A stretch of DNA of 64,000 nucleotides from an uncultured archaeon (GCA_964342815.1 CAYFHS010000004.1:1-64000); one strand, 5' to 3'; shown: positions 18,554 through 28,907, numbered from the stretch's first letter. The notes: generated by a model not told the origin, from the letters alone. Made by a program: numbers and translations.

Positions 18554-19299
18554 AATTGGCTATAATCGGGTACGGCAATATGGGACTCATTATCGAGAGA
18601 TTGGCAAAATCAGCTGGAATGGAGATCGGCGCCATAGTCGATCCGGTCAATCCAAATGCCACCCATGAACAAATGGATGAGGAAACTCTTCTCGATATCG
18701 ACGTTTGTATCGATTTCACCCATCCGGATGTGATAATGGACAATATTGAAAAATATGCAATGTTGGGGAAGAACGCAGTCATCGGTACAACAGGGTGGTA
18801 TGACCATATCCAGGATGTACGAATGATGACCGAGAACAGCGGGATCGGCTTATTGTACTCGTCGAACTTCTCAATAGGGATCAATATATTCAACAGGGTC
18901 GTGGAGCGTGCGGCGGAGTTATTCGATAAGTTCGATATCTATGATGTGGCAGGGATAGAATATCACCACAACAGAAAGGCGGACAGCCCTTCCGGGACTG
19001 CAATTACCCTGGCAAACAGAATAAAGGACCGCATTGAAAGAAAAGAAAAAGTGGTCTATGATATGCTCAAGCGCAGGATAGAGGCCAATGAGCTGCATTT
19101 TGCCAGTGTCAGGTGCGGCTCAATTACCGGAAAACATGAGATAATATTCGACTCACCGGCGGATTTTATTACATTGACCCATTCTGCTAAGAACAGGGAA
19201 GGATTTGCCGCCGGAGCTCTGGAGGCTGCCAAATGGATCCACGGCAGAGCCGGTTTCTTCGATATCGATGATCTTGTACGGGAAATAATGAATGAATAA
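18550..19299 (+). CDS. dapB: 4-hydroxy-tetrahydrodipicolinate reductase
   Basis: IIGYGNMG, DFTHP, VIGTTGW, SSNFSIG, EYHHNRKADSPSGTA, G.HEI. Confidence 0.95.
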   Translation: MKLAIIGYGNMGLIIERLAKSAGMEIGAIVDPVNPNATHEQMDEETLLDIDVCIDFTHPDVIMDNIEKYAMLGKNAVIGTTGWYDHIQDVRMMTENSGIGLLYSSNFSIGINIFNRVVERAAELFDKFDIYDVAGIEYHHNRKADSPSGTAITLANRIKDRIERKEKVVYDMLKRRIEANELHFASVRCGSITGKHEIIFDSPADFITLTHSAKNREGFAAGALEAAKWIHGRAGFFDIDDLVREIMNE

Positions 19300-19320
19300 T
19301 TGGTATAAAAAGGTGAAATT

Positions 19321-20208
19321 ATGGAACTCAATGGAACGTATACGGCGATGATCACGCCTTTCCTACACGGGGAAGTGGATTACGAAGGGCTAAGAAAAAA
19401 CATAGATTTTCAGATCGATGGAGGCGTCACGGGCATTCTTGCACTTGGCACAACTGCGGAAACTCCCACACTCACCGATTCTGAAAAGGAACAAATAGTA
19501 AAGATAGTGGTGGAACTAGCCAAGGGAAAGGTGAATATAATGGTGGGAACGGGATCGAATTCCACCGCCAGCACCATTCGTGCAACGGAAAGGGCGAAGG
19601 AGATGGGCGCCGATATGGCATTGGTCGTTACCCCGTACTACAACAAACCCACCCAGGAAGGTATTTTTCTGCATTTCAAGGCGGTGACGGATGCGGTGGA
19701 CATACCCGTTGTCGTGTATAACATCAAGGGAAGGACCGGAACCAACATCGAGACCCGAACGCTGAGCCGAATTGCGGGATTCCGCAATATTATCGGCGTC
19801 AAGGAAGCATCGGGAGATGTCGCTCAGATGACGGATGTTATCAATCAAATACAAAATCATCGCGAGAATTTCTCGGTTATGAGCGGCGACGATGCATTGG
19901 TCCTGCCTCTGATGTCCCTTGGCGGAAGAGGCGTAATTTCAGTAGTCAGCAATCTGGTGCCGAAAATGGTGGTGGAGCTGGTAGATGCTGCGTCAAAGGG
20001 TAACTTTTCCCGTGCCCGGGACCTTGCCTTCAAGCAGCTTCCTCTAATACGGGCCGCATTTGTCGAGACCAATCCCATTCCCATAAAGGAATCGATGAAT
20101 ATGCAAAATATGGCGGCAGGAGAGTGCCGTTTACCCCTTTCACCAATCACGCCTGGAACCAGGGAGCTTCTTTCTGGGGTCCTGAAGGACCTGGGATTAC
20201 AGAGCTGA
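19321..20208 (+). CDS. dapA: 4-hydroxy-tetrahydrodipicolinate synthase
   Basis: LGTTAE, VTPYYNKPTQEG, VYNIKGRTG, GVKEASGD, SGDD, ETNPIPIK. Confidence 0.96.
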   Translation: MELNGTYTAMITPFLHGEVDYEGLRKNIDFQIDGGVTGILALGTTAETPTLTDSEKEQIVKIVVELAKGKVNIMVGTGSNSTASTIRATERAKEMGADMALVVTPYYNKPTQEGIFLHFKAVTDAVDIPVVVYNIKGRTGTNIETRTLSRIAGFRNIIGVKEASGDVAQMTDVINQIQNHRENFSVMSGDDALVLPLMSLGGRGVISVVSNLVPKMVVELVDAASKGNFSRARDLAFKQLPLIRAAFVETNPIPIKESMNMQNMAAGECRLPLSPITPGTRELLSGVLKDLGLQS

Positions 20209-20269
20209 AACTGTATTTGGAATTATCAAGCGGTAGAACGAAAAAATCGAATTAAAAGGAGAGGAGAAG

Positions 20270-21346
20270 ATGCAGGATAAAATAAACGTTGGAGTGCTGG
20301 GCGCTACCGGGATGGTGGGACAGAACTATATTTCACTTCTCGCGGACCATCCCTGGTTCAAGGTTAACCATTTGGCAGCCTCTCCACGCTCAGCCGGCAA
20401 ATCCTACGGTGAAGCGGTCACGGGCAGGTGGCAAATGGTTGCAGACGTTCCCGTGCCCATAAAGAACCTTACTGTATCCACTCTCAATGAGATAGACCTT
20501 GTTCAAGAAAATTGCCGCTTCGTTTTTTCGGCTCTCGGGACCGACGTAGCCAGGGAATACGAAGAGAGGTATGCCGCTGCCGGTATTCCTGTAGTTTCCA
20601 ACGCATCCGCACATAGGCAGACCCCCGACGTGCCAATGGTAATACCTGAAATAAATCACCATCATCTGGAGATCATACCTATCCAACAAAGGTCCCGGGG
20701 CTGGGATCGCGGATTTATCGTCGTCAAGCCAAACTGTTCACTGCAGTCCTACATGACCCCGTTGTACACCCTTTTCGAGAAATTCGGACTGAAACGCGCC
20801 ATCATAACAACCATGCAGGCCGTAAGCGGTGCCGGACACCCGGGTGTTTCTTCTCTGGATATCACTGACAACGTCGTTCCATTCATAGCCGGAGAGGAAG
20901 AAAAATCCGAGAATGAACCGCCCAAGATACTGGGCACCATACAGGGAAGCGTCATTAAGAACTTTAATGAATTGAAGATATCGGTCCACTGCAACAGGGT
21001 TCCAGTATTGCACGGCCACACGGCCTGCGTTTCCGTGGAGTTCGAGCGTAAACCGACCCGGGAGGAGATTATGCGTGCCTGGAACGATTTCAGCGGTATT
21101 TCCTCGAAATACGACCTGCCTTCGTCTCCCGAGCGTGCAATTATATACCGGGAGGAGCCGAATCGCCCGCAGCCCCGTCTCGATCGGGACGCAGGGGACG
21201 GAATGACAGTGGTTGTGGGTCGTCTCCGGGAATGTAATGTTCTCCATTACCGTTTCGTGGGATTATCCCATAATACGGTCCGGGGAGCAGCCGGCGGCGG
21301 AATATTGAACGGAGAACTCCTGGTAGCTATGGGTTATCTGGATTGA
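20270..21346 (+). CDS. asd: Aspartate-semialdehyde dehydrogenase
   Basis: VGVLGATGMVGQ, KPNCS, TTMQAVSGAG, HCNRVPVLHGH, HNTVRGAAGG. Confidence 0.96.
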   Translation: MQDKINVGVLGATGMVGQNYISLLADHPWFKVNHLAASPRSAGKSYGEAVTGRWQMVADVPVPIKNLTVSTLNEIDLVQENCRFVFSALGTDVAREYEERYAAAGIPVVSNASAHRQTPDVPMVIPEINHHHLEIIPIQQRSRGWDRGFIVVKPNCSLQSYMTPLYTLFEKFGLKRAIITTMQAVSGAGHPGVSSLDITDNVVPFIAGEEEKSENEPPKILGTIQGSVIKNFNELKISVHCNRVPVLHGHTACVSVEFERKPTREEIMRAWNDFSGISSKYDLPSSPERAIIYREEPNRPQPRLDRDAGDGMTVVVGRLRECNVLHYRFVGLSHNTVRGAAGGGILNGELLVAMGYLD

Positions 21347-21368
21347 TGGATGAAATGAATATGACCCG

Positions 21369-22595
21369 GTGAGTGAAGTGCATCTCGACAATGAACTTAT
21401 AATCGGACTGGCCGAAAAATACGGAACGCCTCTGTACGTATATAACGGCGACCTAATCGTTAAGAGATACGGAGAACTCCACGATTTCATCGATTTCCCC
21501 GGTCTTAAGATACTCTATGCCATGAAGGCGAATTACAATTATCACATTTTAAGATTACTTGAACAGAAAAATGCCTCTCTCGACACCGTAAGCCCGGCGG
21601 AAGTGCTGCTTGCATTAAAGGCGGGATACACGGCGGATCGAATTCTTTATACCGCCAATAACATGACCGACGAAGAAATGTTTTTCGTGAAAGAATCTGA
21701 AGTCATGTTCAATATAGATTCCTGCACGCGTCTCGAAAAGTACGGTAGGGCGTTTCCCGGCGACGAGGTTTGCCTGCGCTTCAATCCCGACGTCATGGCC
21801 GGTTTTCATGAAAACGTCATGACCGGGGGGGCAATAACGAAGTTCGGTATTCTCCCTGGAGACGTTGAGCGGGTTCTTGACATCGTGAAAAAGTATGATC
21901 TGACCGTGGTGGGACTACACGAACATACCGGTTCGGGCCTTTATGACGAGAATAAGGTGTACGAGAGTATGAAGAACCTGCTCTCCATCGCATCGCCGGA
22001 AAATTTTCCTCACCTCCGATTCATAGATTTCGGAGGAGGATTTGCCGTACCGTACAAACCTGATGATACGAAAATTAATTACGAGAAATTCGGAAATAAT
22101 ATGAATATTATTTATACAACGTTCTGCAGCGAATACGGGAGAGACCTTGAGCTGTACTTCGAACCGGGAAAATACATCGTTGCGGAATCCGGATACCTGC
22201 TTATGGAGGCAAATACCGTCAAGAACAACCGGGGTAGGCTGATAGTGGGTACGAACTCAGGGTTTCCCCAGCTCATCAGGCCGACCTATTACGGAGCTTA
22301 CCATCAGGTCGTGAATCTGACGAATCCTCACGGCGAGCCTAAAAAATATGACGTATGCGGCAACATCTGCGAGACCGGAGATGTTTTCGCGAAACAAAGG
22401 GAACTTTCTGAGGTAAGAGAAGGTGATATTCTGGCCATAAGGAACGCCGGAGCCTACTGTTATTCCATGGGAGGGGTATATAATTTACGTTCCATGCCGG
22501 CGGAGGTTTTCTGCATCGAGGGCAAGGCGGCATTGTCCAGGAGACGTCTTTCGAGCAGCGAACTGGTCGAGAATATACTTGGGGAATGCGTATGA
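21369..22595 (+). CDS. lysA: Diaminopimelate decarboxylase
   Basis: YGTPLYVY, YAMKAN (PLP Lys), KFG, HTGS, DFGGGF, EPGKY, CGNICETGD, AGAY. Confidence 0.95.
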   Translation: MSEVHLDNELIIGLAEKYGTPLYVYNGDLIVKRYGELHDFIDFPGLKILYAMKANYNYHILRLLEQKNASLDTVSPAEVLLALKAGYTADRILYTANNMTDEEMFFVKESEVMFNIDSCTRLEKYGRAFPGDEVCLRFNPDVMAGFHENVMTGGAITKFGILPGDVERVLDIVKKYDLTVVGLHEHTGSGLYDENKVYESMKNLLSIASPENFPHLRFIDFGGGFAVPYKPDDTKINYEKFGNNMNIIYTTFCSEYGRDLELYFEPGKYIVAESGYLLMEANTVKNNRGRLIVGTNSGFPQLIRPTYYGAYHQVVNLTNPHGEPKKYDVCGNICETGDVFAKQRELSEVREGDILAIRNAGAYCYSMGGVYNLRSMPAEVFCIEGKAALSRRRLSSSELVENILGECV

Positions 22596-23413
22596 ATTTT
22601 ACCAAGATGCACGGGACGGGTAACGATTTCGTTGTCATCGATGGTACCGAAAATTTTTTACCGGAACCTTTTTCTGATTATGCAAGAAAAATTGCGGACC
22701 GCCATTTCGGTATAGGGTGCGATCAGGTCCTGGTAATCGAAAAAAGCGATGTGGCTGATTTTGGAATGTCCATCTATAACAATGACGGCGGCAAGGTGGA
22801 GATGTGCGGTAACGGAATAAGGTGTTTGGCGAGGTATGTCTACGAGCGGTGTATGACGGAAAAAGTACAGATAAAAGTGGAAACGCTGGGTGGGATCATT
22901 GTTCCCGAGATCATGGGCGACCGCATACGCGTGGATATGGGCGCTCCCTCTCTCGACACGAATGATTGGTTGTACGAAGATGAAAGGGTGGTAAATAAAA
23001 AGATCGAAGTGAATGAGCGGTATGTAAATATTACTCTTGTTTCAATGGGAAATCCTCACTGTATCGTTTTCGTTGATGACCTGGATGAACTGGACCTGTC
23101 TTCAATAGGACCCCACTTCGAGAACCATGTGATGTTCCCGAACCGGATAAACACGGAATTCGTGAAATTATTGAACGAAAGAGAGGTGGTTGCGAGAGTG
23201 TGGGAGCGCGGCTCGGGTGAGACATTGGCCTGCGGGACCGGTGCATCGGCAATCGTTGTTGCTTCTGTCTTGAGTGGGAAGACCGCCCGCAAAATAACCG
23301 TTCATCTAAAAGGGGGGGACCTTGAAGTGGAATGGGCGGATGATAATCATGTCTATATGACAGGTTCCGCGGATTTCGTGTTCCAGGGAAATATCGATCT
23401 TTCATTATTATAA
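22586..23413 (+). CDS. dapF: Diaminopimelate epimerase
   Basis: FTKMHGTGNDF, EMCGNGIRC, SMGNPH, ERGSGETLACGTG. Confidence 0.97.
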   Translation: MRMNFTKMHGTGNDFVVIDGTENFLPEPFSDYARKIADRHFGIGCDQVLVIEKSDVADFGMSIYNNDGGKVEMCGNGIRCLARYVYERCMTEKVQIKVETLGGIIVPEIMGDRIRVDMGAPSLDTNDWLYEDERVVNKKIEVNERYVNITLVSMGNPHCIVFVDDLDELDLSSIGPHFENHVMFPNRINTEFVKLLNEREVVARVWERGSGETLACGTGASAIVVASVLSGKTARKITVHLKGGDLEVEWADDNHVYMTGSADFVFQGNIDLSLL

Positions 23414-23461
23414 AAAATTCAGACGAAAAAATAATAATCGGAGAATGCCGGAGACGCGAGC

Positions 23462-24679
23462 ATGGTACGGAGAAACCCCAACATGGCAAAGCTGCCAACA
23501 GCCTATCTTTTTCGGGAGATCAACCGGAGAAAAAGGGCTTTCATGGAGGAGAATCCCACGGCGAAGGTAATCAGTCTGGGTATCGGGGACACCACGGAGC
23601 CACTTCCGCAGCATGTGATGGAAGGGCTTGTGAGCGGTGCGCGAAAGTTGGGAACGCGTGAAGGTTTCTTAGGATATGGTGAAGAGCCGGGATTTTACGA
23701 ATTGAGAGAGAAGATTGCCAAAAAGATGTACGGTGGCTTGGTGGATGCGGAAGAGATATTCATATCCGACGGCGCAAAACCGGACATCGGGCGTTTCCAG
23801 GTACTTTTTGGAAACCAGCTCACGGTTGCAGTACAGGACCCGGCGTACCCGGTTTACGTGGACAGCTCTGTCATAATGGGCCAGACCGGCGATTTCCACG
23901 ACAGCAGCGGGCAGTTTGGTAATTTGGTATATATGCCGTGCACACCGGAGAATGATTTTTTTCCTGATCTTGAGCACACGCCCAGAACCGATCTGATCTT
24001 TTTCTGCTCCCCGAACAATCCCACCGGTGCGGTAGCAACCCGCCATCAACTTCAGAGCTTGGTGGATTTTGCAAGGAAAAATCGTTCCATCATCGTCTTT
24101 GACGCAGCTTACCGGGAGTTCATTCAAAACCACGATCTTCCCAAGACCATATTCGAGATCGAGGGAGCCCGGGAGGTGGCCATAGAGCTAAATTCGTTTT
24201 CGAAGCTTGTGGGTTTTACGGGAGTCCGACTGGGCTGGTCAATAGTGCCCCGCCAGTTGAAATATGATGACGGAAGCCAGGTCAAATACGACTGGAACCG
24301 TGTGGTAACTACCATTTTTAACGGGGCCTCGAACATAGTGCAGTACGGTGGACTTGCAGCCATGGACGACGAGGGCGTAAAAGAAATGGAACGGCTGGTC
24401 TCCTACTATGCTGAGAATGCCCGGATCATCAAGGAGGCCCTGGGGATCATAGGACTGAAGACCTATGGGGGATCCAATTCGCCCTACATATGGGTCCGCT
24501 TCGAGGGTGAGAGCTCGTGGGATGCCTTTTCGAGAATACTTGAGGAAACCTGTATTGTTACAACACCGGGTAGTGGATTCGGCATGTCTGCCGAAGGGTA
24601 TATCAGATTCAGCGCTTTCGGTCATCGGGCCGATATATTGGAAGCTGTGGGGCGTTTCGACAAACTTCTACCTTCATAA
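23462..24679 (+). CDS. dapL: LL-diaminopimelate aminotransferase
   Basis: YLF.EI.RR...ISLGIGDTTEP, QDPAYPVY.D, FCSPNNPTG, SFSK..GFTGVRLGW, TTPGSGFG. Confidence 0.95.
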   Translation: MVRRNPNMAKLPTAYLFREINRRKRAFMEENPTAKVISLGIGDTTEPLPQHVMEGLVSGARKLGTREGFLGYGEEPGFYELREKIAKKMYGGLVDAEEIFISDGAKPDIGRFQVLFGNQLTVAVQDPAYPVYVDSSVIMGQTGDFHDSSGQFGNLVYMPCTPENDFFPDLEHTPRTDLIFFCSPNNPTGAVATRHQLQSLVDFARKNRSIIVFDAAYREFIQNHDLPKTIFEIEGAREVAIELNSFSKLVGFTGVRLGWSIVPRQLKYDDGSQVKYDWNRVVTTIFNGASNIVQYGGLAAMDDEGVKEMERLVSYYAENARIIKEALGIIGLKTYGGSNSPYIWVRFEGESSWDAFSRILEETCIVTTPGSGFGMSAEGYIRFSAFGHRADILEAVGRFDKLLPS

Positions 24680-24680
24680 A

Positions 24681-25769
24681 ATGATTTCACTTTCGGGGGT
24701 ATCATCGACGATATATGACGCTGTAATAATTGGGGCGGGACCGGCCGGATCGTCTGCAGCGAAAGTGCTCGAAGACAGTGGATTATCTTATGTACTGGTG
24801 GACAAGAAAAAATTTCCACGGAACAAGCCGTGCGCAGGAGTTCTTTCCCCCAAGATACTGTCGTTATTGGATATTCCTCACGACGTGATCGAAAGACCTC
24901 TCGTGGGTTACCGGGTATTTTCCCCCGCAGGAAGAATTGTGGAATCATCCTTCCCGGAGCATGGTTTTATTGTTCAGAGGACCGAATTCGATACGTTTCT
25001 GGTACGCTCCCTGGCAGCAGAACCGGTCCGGCAAAAGGTAACTCAAATCAAAGACAACGGTGACCATATCGAGATACGAAATGACCAATGGAGCTGCACG
25101 GCAAGATTCGTAATCGGCGCCGATGGGGCCAATTCGGTTGTGAGACGATACTGCGGCATTCACGCAAAACAGGTTGCAGCGGCCGCCCAATGCGTTGTTC
25201 GACTACCTGCAAACGCCATCGATGAACGAGTGGGGGACTGGTTCGAAGTTTATTATACGCTGCACCACGGTTACGGGTGGATCAGCCCCATGAAGGATTT
25301 ATTACGGATCGGAGTTGGTATTGTTACCGGACATCTCATAGGGAATATCAAAGGAGTACTTGAAAAATTTATGGCAAGTTCGCCGGTACGGGAGAAATGG
25401 GAGGGTGGAGAAATTGTTGGAAGAGAAGCGGCTTCCATCCCCATGTCCGGGCCGTTGGATCGTGTGACACGACCGCGAATACTTCTCTGCGGGGATGCCG
25501 GCGGTTTTGTCTATCCGGGGACTGGTGAAGGTATATTCTATGCTGTCAAGACCGGTAGGATCGCGGCCGAGTTAATAAGCCGGCTCTGTCAGGAAGAAGG
25601 TATCGATACGGACCTGCTGGAGAAAACCTACTCGAATGAGCTTGAAAAAAACGGATTATTTGCACTGCGTGACGTGGATTTCACCGAGAAAAATTTATCC
25701 AGCACCGAAAATGCCGAAAAATACGTTCGGCGCCTAGCTCACATCGTCCGGGCTCGCTCCGTCCCTTGA
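24681..25769 (+). CDS. Geranylgeranyl-reductase-family FAD/NAD(P)-dependent oxidoreductase (LipT-like by context)
   Basis: GAGPAGS, FPRNKPCAG, R..FD..L, IGADGANS, GYGWISP, CGDAGG...PGTGEGI. ATG at 24681 follows the dapL stop; the longer ORF-track start overlaps dapL. Confidence 0.85.
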   Translation: MISLSGVSSTIYDAVIIGAGPAGSSAAKVLEDSGLSYVLVDKKKFPRNKPCAGVLSPKILSLLDIPHDVIERPLVGYRVFSPAGRIVESSFPEHGFIVQRTEFDTFLVRSLAAEPVRQKVTQIKDNGDHIEIRNDQWSCTARFVIGADGANSVVRRYCGIHAKQVAAAAQCVVRLPANAIDERVGDWFEVYYTLHHGYGWISPMKDLLRIGVGIVTGHLIGNIKGVLEKFMASSPVREKWEGGEIVGREAASIPMSGPLDRVTRPRILLCGDAGGFVYPGTGEGIFYAVKTGRIAAELISRLCQEEGIDTDLLEKTYSNELEKNGLFALRDVDFTEKNLSSTENAEKYVRRLAHIVRARSVP

Positions 25770-27344
25770 TCTTATTATTCCAATTACTTGGGTCAATAAT
25801 TCAGTATTCAGGTGTGTCTGTCCCTCGAAATCACCCAATTTTGCCTCTTTTGATTTGCCCAGGTCATAGCAGGTCTCGCTGTCGATATCCACTATCACCC
25901 CGGGCACCCCCGCTTCTTCGAAATCCTCTATGTGTTTTACATAGAACGCCTCGCAGCAGCACCCTACAAACGAGCTTACACCTTCGTCCTTCATGTGGCG
26001 AAGAGTGCTTATCAGGTCTTCAAAATTCAATATGGTTATAGGGCTCATATCGTTTACGCCTGCGAGTTCGTAGCCTTCACCTATACTGCATCCCCCGCAT
26101 GGGTCGCAATCCTTCCGGATCCTGTAATCACATCCCACAAGCTTGGAGCAGTAGGGAAGTAGCAGTACCGAAGGCTCGGCAATCTCGGCGAATGGGTACA
26201 GTACCGTAAAAATCCTGTTGACGTTCTCTTGGGAGATTCCCAGCTCAAGATAATCGATCTTTTCGATAGCCTTGTCCAAAGCCTTGAAAAAATCCAGTGG
26301 TTTGACGCCAGGTATCTGGATTTCTCTATTAGCGAAAAAATCATTTATTAAAATTTCTAAATCCCCCTTGACGAGAGACGCGTCCTTCAGCAGTCCCTCA
26401 AGGTCGAAGATTGTTCGTTTGGGATATGCAAAGAAATCTCCGGTGATAAGAGCGGCCTGGATCCGACGGTTTGGGATATCCGCAACCAATGATACACGTA
26501 TTAGCCCCCCGGGCGCCTTGTGGACCGATCTCAGCACCTGTCGGTGTTTCATGGGCCTGCGAATACCGTAGACCCACTTGTCCGATTCATAATATTTTAA
26601 CTTCTCGTTGAGCATTTCTTTTTCCGGCAGACTCAATTCTCTTTTCGTGAATTCAACGTCGAAAACTTCCGAAAACCCTTCCGCGAGAGCCGACTTAATG
26701 TTCTCCATCTCCGGCAGGTAACCCAGTTCCCATTTCAGGCAGGTCACTCTTTCTCGTACGGATTCCAGTTCCTTGTCCTTCAGTTTCTCGATGGGTATCC
26801 TCAGCGATCGCAGCATGGTGTCAACATCGAAATCCGTTAAAAGAGTTCCCTGGAAAAGAAATGCACCACCCTCGAAGGCCCCGCCGGTTCCGGATATCTT
26901 TCTTCCATTCACCTCGATATCGTTCTTGGGACGAAATTCGGCTTTTACGCCGAGTTTTTGGAGTCCCTTCACGGTGCCTCGACACAGTTTCTCGTAAAGC
27001 TCGTCCACCTTTTTCGGAATGCTCGGCTGAGCTCTGGAAGCGATCAGTTCCCAACCGAGCTGCGGTCCGTCCAGGTAAATGGCCCCGCCGCCGGTGATCC
27101 TCCTGTTGATATCGATTTTATTCTCCTTACAGTAATCGATCCGCACCTCCTGCTCGGTGCTCTGATGAAATCCCACGAGGACCGCATTTGGAGAAAATTG
27201 AAGAAATCTCAAGGTATTCGGGATAATATCCCTGTTCCTGCACTTCAGCAGAACGTCATCCAACGCGGAATTTTCGGCAGCGCTTCTCACCCCGGTATCA
27301 AGCAGCGTCCAGGTTTCCATGACATCACTGTTCTCGACCTTCAA
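25734..27344 (-). CDS. Lipoate-protein ligase (LplA catalytic + LplB-like domain) fused to a Cys-rich DUF116-like domain
   Basis: RRITGGGAIY, PKNDI..NGRKISGTG, KAPGGLIRV...ITGDFF, then LLLPYCSKLVGC...CDPCGGCSIG...GCCCEAF...CYDLG. Confidence 0.85.
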   Translation of the reverse strand: MKVENSDVMETWTLLDTGVRSAAENSALDDVLLKCRNRDIIPNTLRFLQFSPNAVLVGFHQSTEQEVRIDYCKENKIDINRRITGGGAIYLDGPQLGWELIASRAQPSIPKKVDELYEKLCRGTVKGLQKLGVKAEFRPKNDIEVNGRKISGTGGAFEGGAFLFQGTLLTDFDVDTMLRSLRIPIEKLKDKELESVRERVTCLKWELGYLPEMENIKSALAEGFSEVFDVEFTKRELSLPEKEMLNEKLKYYESDKWVYGIRRPMKHRQVLRSVHKAPGGLIRVSLVADIPNRRIQAALITGDFFAYPKRTIFDLEGLLKDASLVKGDLEILINDFFANREIQIPGVKPLDFFKALDKAIEKIDYLELGISQENVNRIFTVLYPFAEIAEPSVLLLPYCSKLVGCDYRIRKDCDPCGGCSIGEGYELAGVNDMSPITILNFEDLISTLRHMKDEGVSSFVGCCCEAFYVKHIEDFEEAGVPGVIVDIDSETCYDLGKSKEAKLGDFEGQTHLNTELLTQVIGIIRSRDGASPDDVS

Positions 27345-28387
27345 AGGCTCCGCTCGAAGTCGCCTGAATAATCAAATAATTGCTGTCTGATGGTGTCGAT
27401 ATCGGATTTTTCCGGAAAAAAGGCAAAGTTCCTTATGGGGCGTGACGGGCGCTCGTTGCCGTAAGGCCTGTTACAGGCCACCACCCCGTCATGTCCGGCG
27501 CAACCCGATGTCATGAACGCTTCTCCAGATTGGATCACACTCTCTACTTCACCGGCAAATTCCAATAGTTCACCCTTATCGCTGAACTTCATATCTTCTG
27601 CCCGCTGAATTCCGGAGTTTATAAGGTATCGGGCCAGCTGAACGCGTCGGTACTGGCCGTAGGAAGGCTGTTTCCAGTTCGACATGGAACTCCCCCCTTC
27701 GGGATAGAATGAGAAAAGGTGGGTTTTCGCTCCCCGGTCCTCTCCTTTCTGAATAATATAAATCATCTCTTTTTCAGTCTCCCCAAGGCCCACGATGAGA
27801 TGTATTCCCGCCTTTCCTTTTCCGAAACATTCAGCGGACCATTCCACCACCTTCCAGTAATGATCCCATTTGTGCGGGCCGTTAACCCCCTCACCCCTGA
27901 ACTTGCGGAAAAGCTCCCGGGTAGCGGCGTCCACTGCGATCCCAACCATATCCGCTCCCGCCTCCTTTATCTTCATGACCTTTTCTCTGGAACGTATCAG
28001 CGTGGGTGCGATCAAACCGCTTATCAGGAGATCCGTCTGGTCGCGAAATTTCTTCATGATAGTGCACATGTCCTCATATGCCCTTGGGTGGGTGATCATG
28101 GATATGCAAACCCTTCCCAGGTGTTTGCCGTACTTTTTCGTTCTAGCGAGGATGTCCTCCATGGAAACGATGGGCCAGTCCACTCGAATGAAAGTATTCT
28201 CATCCGGATCCCTGGATTGCGAAAGGCCGCAGTAACCGCAATTTCCCCTGCAGCTGTCATCGTACACCACCAGGAGATTCAATGCATTGAGGCGCTCACC
28301 TCGATTGAAACGCCCGGGGAATATTTTCAATGTCATGGCGGCGGCGGTACTGATCTGCACGTAATCCGGACTTTCTTTGCTACTCAT
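27341..28387 (-). CDS. Radical SAM protein, LipS2-type lipoyl synthase subunit
   Basis: CRGNCGYC SAM-cluster motif; C-terminal FMTSGCAG...ACNRP resembles the LipS2 TxGCPxCNRP motif; flanked by lipoate ligases and a lipoyl carrier. Confidence 0.75.
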   Translation of the reverse strand: MSSKESPDYVQISTAAAMTLKIFPGRFNRGERLNALNLLVVYDDSCRGNCGYCGLSQSRDPDENTFIRVDWPIVSMEDILARTKKYGKHLGRVCISMITHPRAYEDMCTIMKKFRDQTDLLISGLIAPTLIRSREKVMKIKEAGADMVGIAVDAATRELFRKFRGEGVNGPHKWDHYWKVVEWSAECFGKGKAGIHLIVGLGETEKEMIYIIQKGEDRGAKTHLFSFYPEGGSSMSNWKQPSYGQYRRVQLARYLINSGIQRAEDMKFSDKGELLEFAGEVESVIQSGEAFMTSGCAGHDGVVACNRPYGNERPSRPIRNFAFFPEKSDIDTIRQQLFDYSGDFERSL

Positions 28388-28823
28388 CCTCTTCCACCTT
28401 TTTTATTTCTTCGGAGATCCATTTCAGTATCTTCTCCTCATTATCAAGAATATATTCGGATTCGTCATCAAGTATTGACGAATCGGGTTTAACAGCAAAT
28501 ATCCATGAATCATAGGGATCTTCATTGATCTTTCGGGGATTTTTTATTACTTCTTCGTTTACGGCAACGATCTCACCGTCCGTGGGGGAATATATTCTGC
28601 TCACGAATTTCGCCGACTCGAAGCTGCCAACAGATTCACCCACTTTTACCCGGCTTTCGTTCACCGTGAGAAAGGTCAGATAACCTGCGTACTCCACTAG
28701 AAAGGCATCCATCCCGATCTTTATAAGCTCATCCTCTTGTTTCAACCATATGTGGGCTCCGTCCCTGGTATAATATACTCGATCCAATGGAAAATTCATT
28801 CCGTTTATCTCTACCACACTCAT
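28380..28823 (-). CDS. GcvH-like lipoyl-carrier protein
   Basis: GSFESAKFVSRIYSPTDGEIVAVNE...INEDPY..WI with the lipoyl Lys. ATG at 28823 is preceded by GGAGGT. Confidence 0.88.
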   Translation of the reverse strand: MSVVEINGMNFPLDRVYYTRDGAHIWLKQEDELIKIGMDAFLVEYAGYLTFLTVNESRVKVGESVGSFESAKFVSRIYSPTDGEIVAVNEEVIKNPRKINEDPYDSWIFAVKPDSSILDDESEYILDNEEKILKWISEEIKKVEEDE

Positions 28824-28907
28824 ACCTCCTTCCGCAGGAATCCTTTTCAGGTTATTTTCATCCATTTTTCTTTCCCGATAGTATATTGGGCATTTATTAT
28901 TTTCAGT

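Noticed and set aside
24465-24680. N-terminal extensions given by the ORF track (here for the GGR; likewise 47360-47536, 52178-52462, 54824-54925)
   Set aside because: They overlap neighbouring genes or read as non-coding; downstream ATGs with RBS or translational coupling fit better.
27719-28492. 257-aa plus-strand ORF, and similar long antisense ORFs (e.g. 2975-3469, 33122-33733, 34428-35090, 51353-51970)
   Set aside because: They lie wholly opposite well-supported genes and show no recognisable motifs; treated as shadow ORFs.
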